A stretch of 64,000 nt of DNA from Dehalococcoidia bacterium (GCA_965238215.1 OZ250180.1:2052779-2116778); one strand, 5' to 3'; positions 26,681-37,392 are shown, counted from the first letter of the stretch. Notes: generated by a model not told the origin, from the letters alone. Translations and numbers: made by a program.

Positions 26681-27739
26681 CTAGACGTTGAAGAGGAAGG
26701 TGATGACGTCGCCGTCTTGCACCTGGTAGCGGCGGCCCTCGGCGCGGAGGACGCCCCGTCGACGCGCCTCGGCTATGGCGCCGCAGGCAATCATGTCATC
26801 GAAAGGTACGACCTCGGCGCGGATGAATCCCCGTTCCATGTCGGAATGGATGCTGCCCGCGGCGGCGGCGGCTTCCGCGCCTTCGGGCACGGTCCACGCC
26901 CGAACTTCCTGGGAAACGTGGGTGAAGAAGGTGACCCTTTGCAGTAGAGCGAGGGTGAGGGCGAGAAGAAGTTCCTTGCCCGACTGCTCGGCTCCCATGG
27001 ACTGGCGGAACTCCCGTTCATCCTCCGGTGAAAGCTGGGCGAATTCCCACTCAAGGCTGGCGCATAGGGGAATTTCGCCGGCGACTGGATCCATAGTCGA
27101 CACGGCGTCCTCACCCACGTTGTAGATGGTCATCATCGGCTTGGCGCTGAGGAGGTGGTAGTGGGCCAGAATGCCGGACTCGTCGGCAGTGAGGGACTGG
27201 GAAGCGAGGGTCTGGCCCGCTTCCATGTTGTCACTGACTCGCTGTAGGAGGGTGCTCTCCCTGATGAGTATGTCGTGTTCACGACCCCGCGCGCCTTTCA
27301 TGTTGTCGGCAACCCTGCGGCTGCGTCGCTCAAGAATGGCGAGGTCAGCGAGGATCAGCTCGTCGGACATGGCGTTGGAGTCCTGTTCTGGGGCGGGAGG
27401 GCCGGCGGCGTCGGGCACTGTTGGATTCTGGAAGGCGCGCACGACGTGAATGAAGGCGTCGGCTCCCTGAAGGGCGTTCAGTGCAGGCCCCTGGAAGTAG
27501 CCGAACTCCTGGTCAGACGCAGGCGGCGGGGGAAGGTCCCAAAAGGTGATTTCGGCGGGCGTTATCTTCTTGGGATGGAAGAGTTGGGCGAGGTCGCGCA
27601 GCCGAGGGTCGGGGACCTTGCTTATGCCCTTGACTACCCGTCCCAGTGAGTCGGGGCGTCGGCTCTGAGCGCCGCCGGTTAGGACGTTGAAGAGGGTGGT
27701 CTTGCCGCTGCTGCGCAGGCCGATGAGGGCGACTTCCAT
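26681..27739 (-). CDS. ychF: Ribosome-binding ATPase YchF
   Basis: GxxxxGKT, VPDPRL, NVGE, C-terminal TGS with IHSDMERGFIRAEV. Confidence 0.92.
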   Translation of the reverse strand: MEVALIGLRSSGKTTLFNVLTGGAQSRRPDSLGRVVKGISKVPDPRLRDLAQLFHPKKITPAEITFWDLPPPPASDQEFGYFQGPALNALQGADAFIHVVRAFQNPTVPDAAGPPAPEQDSNAMSDELILADLAILERRSRRVADNMKGARGREHDILIRESTLLQRVSDNMEAGQTLASQSLTADESGILAHYHLLSAKPMMTIYNVGEDAVSTMDPVAGEIPLCASLEWEFAQLSPEDEREFRQSMGAEQSGKELLLALTLALLQRVTFFTHVSQEVRAWTVPEGAEAAAAAGSIHSDMERGFIRAEVVPFDDMIACGAIAEARRRGVLRAEGRRYQVQDGDVITFLFNV

Positions 27740-27789
27740 GGCAGATTCAGAATACCCGGTGGTGGCTAGATTTGCTATAGGCTGGGAGT

Positions 27790-27887
27790 GGGTCCCCGCA
27801 TGCGCGAGGACAAGGGAGAGGAGCCGGCGCCCACAAGGGACGCCCCTATAGAAGAAGAGGGACGGGCGGTTCGCGAACCGCCCCTAC
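27790..27887. repeat. REP-like cluster (family B, GTAG variants)
   Basis: GGGTCCCCGCATGCGCGAGGACAA; GGCGCCCACAAGGGACGCCCCTA; GGGCGGTTCGCGAACCGCCCCTAC. Confidence 0.85.
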
Positions 27888-27982
27888 CAGATGACGTGCA
27901 GGATCTGGGAGCTATCGTCATTGTGGGTATTTTTCGCTAAGATTGCTGCAAGGTTGCACGAGTAGAGGAGGAAAACTTAGCG

Positions 27983-28978
27983 GTGTCCGTTTTAGTTCTG
28001 CACGGCGATTCTTTTCTGGTCGCTGAGGAGTTGGCCCAGATCCGGCAAAAGTTGGGTCCGGAACATCTTCTGGAGAGCAACACGCACAAGCTGACTGGCA
28101 ATTCGGTCACGCTGGAGCAGCTTCGAGCCGTGAGCAGCGCCATGCCCTTTCTGGCCGAGTACCGGCTGGTGGTGGTGGAAGGGCTGCTGGGGTCCTTCGA
28201 GGCTCGAGGCCCTCGACGTCGGGGCGGCGGGTCGTCAAGAAACCGGCTGGCTCGATGGGAAGGGCTGGGCGACTATGCGGGAGAGGTCCCGCCCACGACG
28301 CACCTGGTGTTCGTTGACGAACTGCTTAGGGCCAACAATCCCATATTGAGAGCGCTTGCCGGAAATGCCGAGGTGCAGCGGTTTTCGGTGCCCCGGGGTG
28401 AAGAACTGGCCCGGTGGATTCGCGATAAGGCCAAGTCCAAGGGGGCCAGCATTTCGCCCGGAGCGCTGCGGCTCCTGAACCAGTACGTGGGCGCAAACCT
28501 GCGTTTGCTGGACACGGAGTTGGAAAAGCTGTCTCTCTACGCTGGGGCCGAACAGATCGACGAAGGCCACGTAAGTCGAATGGTGGCTCAGGTACGGGAA
28601 GCGAGCATCTTCACCGCCGTCGACGCCATTGTTCAGGGGAACCCTTCGCTGGCGCTGCGGCTATTGCGGAAGCTTCGGAATGATGGCGCGGCGCTGTCGT
28701 ACATTCAGGCGATGATTGCGCGCCAATTGCGGCTGGTGACGGTGGCGAAGGAGTTGGTGGAGACGGGCGTGCCCCGAGGGGAGATGGGCGCACGGCTGGA
28801 ACTGAGGGCGGACTTTGCCGTGAGGAAGACCCTAGAGCAGGCGAGAAGGTTTTCGTGGCCCCGTTTGAAGGCGCTGTACGCCTGCCTCTTGGAGATGGAC
28901 CTGGCCATCAAGCAGGGACGGCAGGACGAGGACCTGGCGTTGGAGCTTCTGGTGGCCCGGGCAGCAGTATTGCGGTAG
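27983..28978 (+). CDS. holA: DNA polymerase III delta subunit
   Basis: VLHGD, AMPFLAEYRLVVV, ELEKLSLY, MDLAIKQG. Confidence 0.92.
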   Translation: MSVLVLHGDSFLVAEELAQIRQKLGPEHLLESNTHKLTGNSVTLEQLRAVSSAMPFLAEYRLVVVEGLLGSFEARGPRRRGGGSSRNRLARWEGLGDYAGEVPPTTHLVFVDELLRANNPILRALAGNAEVQRFSVPRGEELARWIRDKAKSKGASISPGALRLLNQYVGANLRLLDTELEKLSLYAGAEQIDEGHVSRMVAQVREASIFTAVDAIVQGNPSLALRLLRKLRNDGAALSYIQAMIARQLRLVTVAKELVETGVPRGEMGARLELRADFAVRKTLEQARRFSWPRLKALYACLLEMDLAIKQGRQDEDLALELLVARAAVLR

Positions 28979-29006
28979 ATTGCCCTTCACTTCCTCTACG
29001 GGGGAA

Positions 29007-29092
29007 GGGCGGTTCGCGAACCGCCCCTACGGAGGGGGAGAAGATGGGTCCCCACCCCCGTCTTCACGGGGGCAGGCTATTCGCGAGGACAA
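29007..29092. repeat. REP-like cluster (family A; family C nested in family B)
   Basis: GATGGGTCCCCA[CCCCCGTCTTCACGGGGGCAGGCT]ATTCGCGAGGACAA. Confidence 0.85.
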
Positions 29093-29162
29093 CGGAGGGG
29101 AGTGGGAACAACGGAAAGGGGACGCGGCTATTTTCATGGTAATGGGGGTTACACAGGGGAGG

Positions 29163-29798
29163 CTACGAGTTGAGGGAAGTGGGAGTGCAGTCGCCACTGC
29201 GGAGGGCGGAAATGAGGTCGTCGAGGTTGCAGATTCTTGCGTTGAAGCGGGTGGCGCAGACTCCGAGGTCGCCGGGGGCGTGGCTGTCGCTGCCAGCGAC
29301 TGAAGGGAGATTCAATGCCTGGGCCAGCTTTTCGGAGAAGGCGTTTTCGAGCTTAGAGCCGCGACCGTTGATGGTCTCCACGGCGTGACACTGGCGGAAG
29401 GATGGTTCCCCCGTGGCCTGTTGGACCTTTGAGGCAAGGTCAACGGCGGGACTGTTGCCGATGCCGCGTCGTCGATACGGATGGGCCGCTAGGAGCGCGC
29501 CGTTGGCTGCCTGAATCCGGTGCCAGAGAAATGGGAGCTTGTGCATTCCGAAGACGTATTCGTTCAGGCCGAAGGCCAGGAAATGCCCCTCTTCCGTGTT
29601 TACCTCGCAGCCGGGGAGGAGCAGGATGCCGCGACGACGTCCGAGACGGGCCAGGGCGTCGGAGTCCCAGAAGGCGTCGTGTTCGGTGAGACAGAGACCG
29701 TCAAGGCCAAGGCCCTTGGCCTCCAGGACAAGCTGCTCAGGGGTCTGGAGGGCGTCGTAGGAGAGGGGAGCGGTGTGGGTGTGCAGGTCTATGAGCAT
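29163..29798 (-). CDS. PHP domain protein (probably leaderless mRNA)
   Basis: DLHTHT, TEHD, AHPYR, GSDSH; TATAAT 6 nt before ATG 29798. Confidence 0.9.
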   Translation of the reverse strand: MLIDLHTHTAPLSYDALQTPEQLVLEAKGLGLDGLCLTEHDAFWDSDALARLGRRRGILLLPGCEVNTEEGHFLAFGLNEYVFGMHKLPFLWHRIQAANGALLAAHPYRRRGIGNSPAVDLASKVQQATGEPSFRQCHAVETINGRGSKLENAFSEKLAQALNLPSVAGSDSHAPGDLGVCATRFNARICNLDDLISALRSGDCTPTSLNS

Positions 29799-30040
29799 GG
29801 GGAGATTATAGACCAAGAGGGGCGGAGGCTGATGGGAGGGACAGATAGGTCAAGTTTTCGTATTTCATTATGTGCTTTGATCTTTGCAGTGGGGTGAAAT
29901 TCTATGACTATCTACCCAAGCCCGTGGCATATTGGCTAAATCAATTTAGCATAGGAGTCCCTGTCTTTTTCCTACGTTCGGCGAAACAACTGATGCTAGT
30001 GGAATCTGTCGTGGATTTGATCACTAAAGGAGTAATCGTA

Positions 30041-30789
30041 TTGCCGCCAGCTATTCAGACACAGCGCGACAATCTTGAAATCGGCCTCTATTTGGCTAGT
30101 GGGAGATTTGGCGCCACTCTAGACGACATACTGCAAGTGGCTATTGGGTATTCTCCAAACGGGGGCTTTCCAATAGAACATTATGCAGGTCGGTTCCGGA
30201 ATGCCCAGCGAGTTGGCAGAGACGCGTTTCGCCAAAGGACTCCTGGATACTTCACGTTTAATGCCATGCCCTTCGGTGACCGCTATATTTATAAGGCCAC
30301 GTGGTATGTTTGGAGAAATCCGCAAACGAGATAAGCCCAAACGGTCCCCTTGCCTGTTGGAGATTTAGCATCAATGCGAAACTTAGAAGTAAGGATATGG
30401 ATACCCGCCAGGCGACAACCCGCAGCGTCCGAACCGCTGACAACATCCAGGAGCAAGGTCGGGCGATACAACGTCAAGATTGGCCGGCTCTTCAGGAACT
30501 GCAGGCAAGAATGATAGAAGATGGAAGTCTTGGGGAAATCTTATCGGGATTTCATGGCCTCCCATACGCTGACATTGAAGAGGTTATCCCTAAACTCCCT
30601 AACCGACCAATCCGGTTTCAGTTTCAAAAGGAGGCCAAGCATGTTCAAGAGCTCAGTAGGCGACTTGGACAAGCGCAAGCGTCATTGGGTAACCAACTGA
30701 CATCCTGGGTAAGGTTGCAAACAGGGGCGCCCAATAACGCTGCACAGTTAGCTTTGCAGCAGGCGCAACAGAGATTGGCTAACTTGTGA
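30041..30789 (+). pseudogene. Hypothetical protein, apparently split (TAA at 30332 plus a frame change near 30382), or two small ORFs
   Basis: TTG start after AAAGGAG; first frame stops at 30334; second frame runs to 30789; lower-GC island. Confidence 0.5.
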
Positions 30790-30808
30790 AGCTGATGGAG
30801 GATGAAAT

Positions 30809-31840
30809 GTGAGAATCGACGATTTGGATACCCTCGTGCTGCGTGCTGTGGAAGAGTGGTACGGTTCTATTGTGTCTGTCCCATGTGAACTCATAAAGCC
30901 GGACCCCGAGAATCTGAGGCAAGAGTTCGATGAGGCCGATCTCATCGACTTAGGAAGAAACATGGTTGAGGTGGGGCAACTAGACGAGATCACCGTGTTT
31001 CCAATCCTGATTGATGATTCTTCGTGGACCGGGTATTTCGATCTGCATGACGGAGAACGTAGATGGCGCGCCGCTCAGTTGATGAAGCAGCCGACACTTC
31101 GCGCCAAGATTGTTCCCAGACCATCTTCAGAGGAGTTGACGTTCAAGAAGGTTAGTCGGATTCTACAGACGCGATCCCTCAGCCCTGAGACCAAGCTTAC
31201 GGCGTTGAAGAAATCCTTGTCCGACTTGGGGGTTCTTGAGAGTCCCGACCAATGGGATTCATTTAGGGATAAACTTGGTGGTGGGCCTGATTGGCCCCAA
31301 CTTGTAAGGGTGTTGAAGTTGCATCCGCGAGTTCGAGGCATGTTTGAAGAAGGGATTATCAACTTCACGATTGCTCATTCAGTGGGCCGGGTTGTACGGG
31401 AAAAGCAGGCTCGTCTTGCTGAATACGCCGTCGTAAACAAGATCAGTGGCAGGTTTCTGTCCACCCAGATGGTGCCCTATTTGGTAAAGCATCCCGAAGC
31501 GAGCCCTGCGCAAGCCTTTGAGCATGTTCGAGTTGGTGGGTGGCGTCAATACACCAGCAGTCCATACGTCAAGGGGCAAGCACCTCCCACTCAAGAGCAA
31601 GTCGAGAAATTCCTTGAGGCGTGCGTGGCATGGGGAAGAGCATGGGAAACAGTGGTTGTAAATGGGTTAGTTCACCAGATCGGGGACAACCCTCAATACG
31701 TGCAGCGATTGAAGGACGCGGGTCTAAGAATTCGGGAGAGGGCCCTGGCGTTGGCGGATAGAATGAGCTCTTCCCAGCGGAAACAAGCCGTTGTCGGGGA
31801 GGTTACGCTTCCGGTTCGCGAGATCATAGGTAGCGATTAG
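30809..31840 (+). CDS. ParB/Srx N-terminal domain protein (orphan, no ParA)
   Basis: IKPDPENLRQEF, GQLDEITV, DGERRWRAA. Confidence 0.85.
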   Translation: MRIDDLDTLVLRAVEEWYGSIVSVPCELIKPDPENLRQEFDEADLIDLGRNMVEVGQLDEITVFPILIDDSSWTGYFDLHDGERRWRAAQLMKQPTLRAKIVPRPSSEELTFKKVSRILQTRSLSPETKLTALKKSLSDLGVLESPDQWDSFRDKLGGGPDWPQLVRVLKLHPRVRGMFEEGIINFTIAHSVGRVVREKQARLAEYAVVNKISGRFLSTQMVPYLVKHPEASPAQAFEHVRVGGWRQYTSSPYVKGQAPPTQEQVEKFLEACVAWGRAWETVVVNGLVHQIGDNPQYVQRLKDAGLRIRERALALADRMSSSQRKQAVVGEVTLPVREIIGSD

Positions 31841-31991
31841 GGGCAAGATAGCAATTCCACTTTTGGCATGTCCTCCTGTGGGATGGGGGTGTAGTTGCAG
31901 ATTGGCATAGACGCCCTTCAGCTTTGATTTTCTTGCTATGGCTGGTTGCGTATGCTATATTGCCTTATCCCCCTTTCAGGTGGGCAAATCC

Positions 31992-32375
31992 GTGCTTGAA
32001 GATTATTTCCGCCAGTACGGCCTCATAGCCATCTTCGCCGTGGTGGCGTTCATAGTTCCAACCAGTATGCTGGTGCTTTCTTTCCTTCTGTACCGCTTGG
32101 GCATTCGACCACAGAAGCCCAGCGCGGTGAAGCAGGATATTTACGAGTGCGGCATGGAGACGATCGGTGGCCGGTGGGCGCAGTTCAACTTTCGCTACTA
32201 CATGTACGCGCTGCTATTCGTCATCTTCGACGTGGCGGTCATCTTCGTCTACCCCTGGGCCGTGCGGTTCGGAAAGCTGGGCCTCTTTGCCCTCATTGAG
32301 ATGGCGGCATTCATCACAATTCTAGGTTTTGGGTGGGTCTACGCGTGGCGGAAGCGCGACTTGGAGTGGAGGTAG
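31992..32375 (+). CDS. nuoA: NADH-quinone oxidoreductase subunit A
   Basis: [17 protein letters not shown]. Confidence 0.95.
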   Translation: MLEDYFRQYGLIAIFAVVAFIVPTSMLVLSFLLYRLGIRPQKPSAVKQDIYECGMETIGGRWAQFNFRYYMYALLFVIFDVAVIFVYPWAVRFGKLGLFALIEMAAFITILGFGWVYAWRKRDLEWR

Positions 32376-32379
32376 GGTA

Positions 32380-32988
32380 ATGGTGCAACAGGACGGCCTT
32401 TCGCTGGAGGCTCTGACGCGGAAGCTGGATGTTGAAGAGGGGGCCGTCATCGAGGAGATGCGGCACACCCACTCTAGGCCTTACCCCGAGCCGCTGATTC
32501 AGGTGCCCGACGACCTCCAACGGAACCTGATGGTGACGTCCGTGGATGCTCTCCTGAATTGGGGGCGCAAGTCGGCCCTGTGGCCTGTGGCATTCGGGCT
32601 AGCCTGCTGCGCCTTCGAGATGATGGCGACGGCCATGTCCAGATTCGACATTGCCCGCTTCGGGATGGAGGCGTTCAGGGCTACGCCCCGCCAGGCGGAC
32701 TTAATGATTGTTGCAGGCACGGTTACGTGGAAGATGGCGCCGGCCATTCGCCGCATCTACGACCAGATGGGGGAGCCGAAGTGGGTTATCTCCATGGGCG
32801 TTTGCGCTACGAGCGGCGGGCCGTACTATTCCTGCTACAGCGTTGTCCCAGGCGTTAATCACATTGTACCGGTGGACGTTTACGTTCCAGGATGTCCTCC
32901 CCGTCCCGACGCCCTCTTGTACGGGATTATGCAGTTGCATGAGAAGATCAAACGGTACAGCCTGAAGGGGAGGCCCGCAGGGCTGTAA
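32380..32988 (+). CDS. nuoB: NADH-quinone oxidoreductase subunit B
   Basis: [23 protein letters not shown]. Confidence 0.97.
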   Translation: MVQQDGLSLEALTRKLDVEEGAVIEEMRHTHSRPYPEPLIQVPDDLQRNLMVTSVDALLNWGRKSALWPVAFGLACCAFEMMATAMSRFDIARFGMEAFRATPRQADLMIVAGTVTWKMAPAIRRIYDQMGEPKWVISMGVCATSGGPYYSCYSVVPGVNHIVPVDVYVPGCPPRPDALLYGIMQLHEKIKRYSLKGRPAGL

Positions 32989-33443
32989 TGACAAGGGCCG
33001 TTCAGGGCGAGGAGCTGGCCGGATACGTGCGGCAGAGGTTTCCCGATGCCGGCACACAATGGGAGGGCGAGTCTCTTTGGGTGGATCCCTCCGACCTGCG
33101 GGAGGTGGCTCAGTTTCTGAAGGAAGACCCGGGACTGGCCTTCAACTTTCTGAACGCCGTGTCCGCCGTGGACTACGTTCACTACTTCGAATTGGTCTAC
33201 CACCTGACATCCTTTGAGTACAACCACAGCGCGGTGGTGAAGACTCGCCTCTACTCTCGGGAGACTCCCACGGCGCCTTCAGTGGTGGGCGTGTGGCCCG
33301 GGGCGGATTTCCAGGAGCGGGAGATTTACGACCTGATGGGCGTTTCCTTCCAGGGGCATCCTAATCTGAAGCGGATCATGCTGTGGGAGGGGTTTCCCGG
33401 CCATCCCCTTCGCAAAGACTTTGAAGACGTGGTGAAGTACTGA
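32988..33443 (+). CDS. nuoC: NADH-quinone oxidoreductase subunit C
   Basis: EREIYDLMG, GHPLRKDF. Confidence 0.96.
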   Translation: MTRAVQGEELAGYVRQRFPDAGTQWEGESLWVDPSDLREVAQFLKEDPGLAFNFLNAVSAVDYVHYFELVYHLTSFEYNHSAVVKTRLYSRETPTAPSVVGVWPGADFQEREIYDLMGVSFQGHPNLKRIMLWEGFPGHPLRKDFEDVVKY

Positions 33444-33450
33444 AGCTTCC

Positions 33451-34638
33451 ATGGCCATTCGCACCGAACCCGTAACTATCAACATTGGGCCGCAGCACCC
33501 GAGCACGCATGGCGTATTGCGTCTGCGGGTGACCTTCGACGGCGAGGTGATAGTGGACATAGAGCCGGTCTTCGGCTACCTGCACCGGGGGTCGGAGAAG
33601 CTGGCGGAGGAGCGGAACTACGTTCAGGTTCTGACGCTCACGGACCGGCTGGACTACGTGGCGTCCATGACCAACAACCAGGCCTATTGCCTGGCGGTGG
33701 AGAAGATGTTGGGGGTGGAGGTCCCGCTCCGAGGCCAATATCTGCGGGTGTTGGCGGCGGAGCTTCAGAGGATGGCCAGTCATCTGGTGGCGGCGGGCTT
33801 CTTCCTTCAGGACCTGGGAGCACTGGCGACGCCCCTCATGTACTGTTTCCGCTTTCGCGAGAAGATTCTCGACCTGTTCGAGATGCTGTGCGGCGCGCGA
33901 ATAACCGTCAGCTACATGCGACCGGGAGGGGTGTTCAGCGACGCGCCGCCGGACTTCTGGCCCGCGTTGGACGAGCTGATGCTGGAAGCTCCCCACCTGC
34001 TCCAGGAGTTGGAGCAGCTGTTGATGAAGAACGAGATCTTGTTGGTGCGGACGAAGAACGTAGGCGTGCTTTCGGCGGAGTCGGCAATCTCCAATTCCGT
34101 AAGTGGGCCCGTACTACGGGCTAGCGGCGTGGGCTGGGACTGGCGGAAGATGGACCCCTACGACGTTTACGACCGGTTGGAGTTCGACGTGCCGGTGGGA
34201 GAACGGGGGGACAACTACGACCGGTTCCGGGTCCGGATCGAGGAGGTGAAGCAGAGCCTCCGGATGGTGAAGCAGTGCGCCGAGGAGATACGGCCGGGGC
34301 CTGTGAGCGCCGGCATTGATGCGCCGCCGGTGGGTCCAACCATTGACCGGGGTGAGATTAAAAAGCCGCTTGCGGAAGGCCCCGTCCGTACGAAACTGCC
34401 CTTCGTCCTGCGTCCTCCCGCCGGAGCGGAGGCCTACGGGCGGGTGGAGGCCCCCAAGGGGGAGCTGGCCTTCTACCTGGTGAGCGATGGCAGCATCGCC
34501 CCCTACCGGTGCAAGATACGCTCGCCGTCGCTGATAAATCTCACCGTAATACGCGAGTTGATGGTGGGGTGGAAGCTGGCTGACATGATTGTGACCCTGG
34601 GCAGCATTGACATAAACATGGGAGAGGTGGACCGCTGA
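33451..34638 (+). CDS. nuoD: NADH-quinone oxidoreductase subunit D
   Basis: GPQHPSTHGVLR, GYLHRG, GEVDR. Confidence 0.97.
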   Translation: MAIRTEPVTINIGPQHPSTHGVLRLRVTFDGEVIVDIEPVFGYLHRGSEKLAEERNYVQVLTLTDRLDYVASMTNNQAYCLAVEKMLGVEVPLRGQYLRVLAAELQRMASHLVAAGFFLQDLGALATPLMYCFRFREKILDLFEMLCGARITVSYMRPGGVFSDAPPDFWPALDELMLEAPHLLQELEQLLMKNEILLVRTKNVGVLSAESAISNSVSGPVLRASGVGWDWRKMDPYDVYDRLEFDVPVGERGDNYDRFRVRIEEVKQSLRMVKQCAEEIRPGPVSAGIDAPPVGPTIDRGEIKKPLAEGPVRTKLPFVLRPPAGAEAYGRVEAPKGELAFYLVSDGSIAPYRCKIRSPSLINLTVIRELMVGWKLADMIVTLGSIDINMGEVDR

Positions 34639-35900
34639 TGACGCCTTTCCTTCAGGATAACGTGGTCTTTCGGGAGGTGTACTGCTTCCTGGGGGGCAAC
34701 GAGGGGAACGCCGGTTGGTGCGGCGGCGACGGGCTGTTGCCGGGCGGGTTCGAATGGGTGGCGTACTTCGCGGCGGGCTTCGTGATCATGTTCATCCTGG
34801 TCAACGCTGCGCTGCTGGGGGCCGCCGTCTTCGTGTGGTCGGAGCGGAGGCTGCTGGCCCGGTTCCAAGCGCGGCGTGGGCCGAATCGATGGGGGCCGTG
34901 GGGGATTCTCCAGCCATTCGCAGACCTGTTGAAGCTCATCATCAAGGAAGACATCATTCCCAACGCCGCCGATAAGCTGGCCTTCACGCTGGTGCCCATC
35001 ATCATGCTGATGGCATTGCTGTTGAGCCTGGCGGTGATGCCCTTCGCCCGAAACACCTACCTGGTGAACCTGAACGTGGGCATACTGTACATAATAGCGG
35101 TAAGCTCCATGAGCACCATTGCCATCTTCATGGCGGGGTGGTCGTCGGCAAACAAGTACGCAATGTTCGGCGCAATGCGGGGCGTGGCGATGCTGATAAG
35201 CTACGAGATTCCGCTGGTGCTCTCCCTGGTGGGAGTGGTGTTAATAGTGGGCTCCATGTCGCTGGTGTCCGTGGTGGAAGCCCAGACCGTACCCTTCCTT
35301 CTGGTGCAGCCGCTTGGGGCGCTGGTGTTCATGCTGGGGATATCGGCGGAGTTGAACCGGACACCCTTCGACATTCTTGAGGCGGAATCCGAGATAGTAG
35401 CAGGGTATCATACGGAGTACAGCGGCATAAAATTTGCGCTGATTCAGGCGGCGGAAATGGCGGGGGTGCTGGCGGCTTCCGGGTTCCTGGCGACGATATT
35501 CATGGGCGGATGGTCGGGGCCGTTCTGGTCCAGCCAGCTGGGGGCGTTTTGGTTCCTCGTCAAGCTAGCGGGCTTCGTGATGCTCTTCATCTGGATTCGG
35601 GCAACGTTCCCCCGGCTTCGCATCGACCAGATAATGGCCTTTGCCTGGAAGTTTCTGCTGCCGCTGGCGCTGATCAATTTCCTGGTGACGGCGGTGCAGG
35701 TATACTTCTTCGGGTTCTATCAGGCTGAGGTCCTCGGAGAGATAACCCGCAATGAATTGTGGATAATGGCCGCTATAAACATACCGGTGGCCCTGGTATC
35801 CATAGGGATCTTCGGACGGCTCAGCCGGGAGAAGGTGCGAGTGCCGGAACCTATTTTTCAGAACGTAACGGCGGCGCCCCGGGCCATGGAGGTGGACTAG
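34638..35900 (+). CDS. nuoH: NADH-quinone oxidoreductase subunit H
   Basis: RRGPNR, LQPFADLLKL, PFDILEAESE. Confidence 0.96.
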   Translation: MTPFLQDNVVFREVYCFLGGNEGNAGWCGGDGLLPGGFEWVAYFAAGFVIMFILVNAALLGAAVFVWSERRLLARFQARRGPNRWGPWGILQPFADLLKLIIKEDIIPNAADKLAFTLVPIIMLMALLLSLAVMPFARNTYLVNLNVGILYIIAVSSMSTIAIFMAGWSSANKYAMFGAMRGVAMLISYEIPLVLSLVGVVLIVGSMSLVSVVEAQTVPFLLVQPLGALVFMLGISAELNRTPFDILEAESEIVAGYHTEYSGIKFALIQAAEMAGVLAASGFLATIFMGGWSGPFWSSQLGAFWFLVKLAGFVMLFIWIRATFPRLRIDQIMAFAWKFLLPLALINFLVTAVQVYFFGFYQAEVLGEITRNELWIMAAINIPVALVSIGIFGRLSREKVRVPEPIFQNVTAAPRAMEVD

Positions 35901-36509
35901 ATGTACGGATTTGGACTAGCGAAGGGCATGCTGGTGACCCTGAAGAATTTCATCCGACCGCCCTTTACGATTCAGTATCCTGAAGAGCGGATTCCCCAGC
36001 ATCCCCGCTTCCGCGGCGAGGAGTTCGCCTGGTACGAGGAACGGTGCACGGGGTGCGCTGCCTGCGCCAAATACTGTCCTTTGGGCATCATCAAGATTGT
36101 TACCAGCCCCAGCAATACCGCGCCCCTGGAGGGCGACCACTACAACATCGACGTTTTCGACATCGACATTGGGCGGTGTATGTTCTGCGGCCTCTGCGTG
36201 GAGGCGTGCCCCTACGACGCGCTGTTCATGGGCAGCGGCTTCGAAGAGGGCCAGTACGAGCGCAAGGACCTGGTGATTACCGTGGACGAATTGAGGCAGG
36301 CGGTGAAGAAGCCCAGCACCTGGTTCCGCCCACAGCTGGAGAGTTCCGGCTACGACCCGCATAAGGACAACGCGTTGGACTGGCGGGCGGTGGGCCGAGA
36401 GAATTGGGCCTGGCATCAAAAGGAGAAGGCGGGGGCGCGGATTCAGTTTCGTCCCGGCCGGGTGGGGGCACAGACCGACGCGGACGCCGACGGAGAGTCG
36501 GAAAGCTAG
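35901..36509 (+). CDS. nuoI: NADH-quinone oxidoreductase subunit I
   Basis: TIQYPEE; two CxxCxxCxxxCP motifs. Confidence 0.96.
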   Translation: MYGFGLAKGMLVTLKNFIRPPFTIQYPEERIPQHPRFRGEEFAWYEERCTGCAACAKYCPLGIIKIVTSPSNTAPLEGDHYNIDVFDIDIGRCMFCGLCVEACPYDALFMGSGFEEGQYERKDLVITVDELRQAVKKPSTWFRPQLESSGYDPHKDNALDWRAVGRENWAWHQKEKAGARIQFRPGRVGAQTDADADGESES

Positions 36510-36512
36510 TCG

Positions 36513-37031
36513 ATGCTGTTCCAAGACCTGATATTCTGGGCGCTGGCCATCGTTGCGGTGGTGGGCGCGCTGGGAGTGGTGCTGCTGCGGGACTTGTTCC
36601 GCTCCGCCCTGCTGCTGGTGTTGGTGTTTCTCACCGTGGCGGGGCTGTTCTTCCTACTGGCGGCGGAATTCCTGGGGGTGGTGCAGGTGCTGATATACGC
36701 CGGAGCCATCAGCATCCTGATTATTTTTGCCATTATGCTGACCCAGAACGTGCAGCAGGGGAATCTACCCAACCGGCTTCAGTTTGCGGCGGTGCTGCTT
36801 CCGGCGCTGCTTCTCGTGGCGCTGGCGTTTGTGTTCTTCGATACGGAATGGAGGCTCATTTCCGACCTGCCAGCCGCGGGAGGGATGGACGTGGAGGACC
36901 TGGCATTCAGGGACAACACGTTCAAGCTCTCGACGCTGTTGCTGGAGGAGTACGCCCTGGCGTTCGCTGCCGCCGGCGCGTTGTTGCTGGCGTCGGTGAT
37001 AGGGGCATTATCGCTGGTGAGGGAGAGATAG
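36513..37031 (+). CDS. nuoJ: NADH-quinone oxidoreductase subunit J
   Basis: QVLIYAGAI motif; operon position. Confidence 0.94.
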   Translation: MLFQDLIFWALAIVAVVGALGVVLLRDLFRSALLLVLVFLTVAGLFFLLAAEFLGVVQVLIYAGAISILIIFAIMLTQNVQQGNLPNRLQFAAVLLPALLLVALAFVFFDTEWRLISDLPAAGGMDVEDLAFRDNTFKLSTLLLEEYALAFAAAGALLLASVIGALSLVRER

Positions 37032-37032
37032 C

Positions 37033-37386
37033 GTGGACTTGGAGAAGTTCCTCATTCTCTCCGCCATCATCTTCGCCATAGGGCTATACGGGGCACTGGC
37101 CCGCCGGAACGTGATAACTGTGCTGATGTCGTTGGAGTTGATGTTCATCGCGGTAATGCTAGCGGCGGTTACCATGTCCCGTTACGTTGCCAGTCGGGAA
37201 GTCCTGGCCCAGCCGGGTGTGGCGACGGAGGCGGTGCTGCAAACGCTGCTGACGGGACAGGTATTCGCGCTGTTCATAATTGTGGTGGCGGCGGCGGAGA
37301 TAGCTTTGGGGCTGGGCATTGTCATAGCCTTCTACCGGAGCCGGGAGATGGTGGACATTAGCCAAGCCAATCTGATGAACCGGTAG
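37033..37386 (+). CDS. nuoK: NADH-quinone oxidoreductase subunit K
   Basis: LMSLELM, VAAAEIALG. Confidence 0.95.
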   Translation: MDLEKFLILSAIIFAIGLYGALARRNVITVLMSLELMFIAVMLAAVTMSRYVASREVLAQPGVATEAVLQTLLTGQVFALFIIVVAAAEIALGLGIVIAFYRSREMVDISQANLMNR

Positions 37387-37392
37387 GCGACT

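Noticed and set aside
30332..30334. Selenocysteine or other recoding in the split island gene
   Set aside because: The stop is TAA, not TGA, and a frame change is also required
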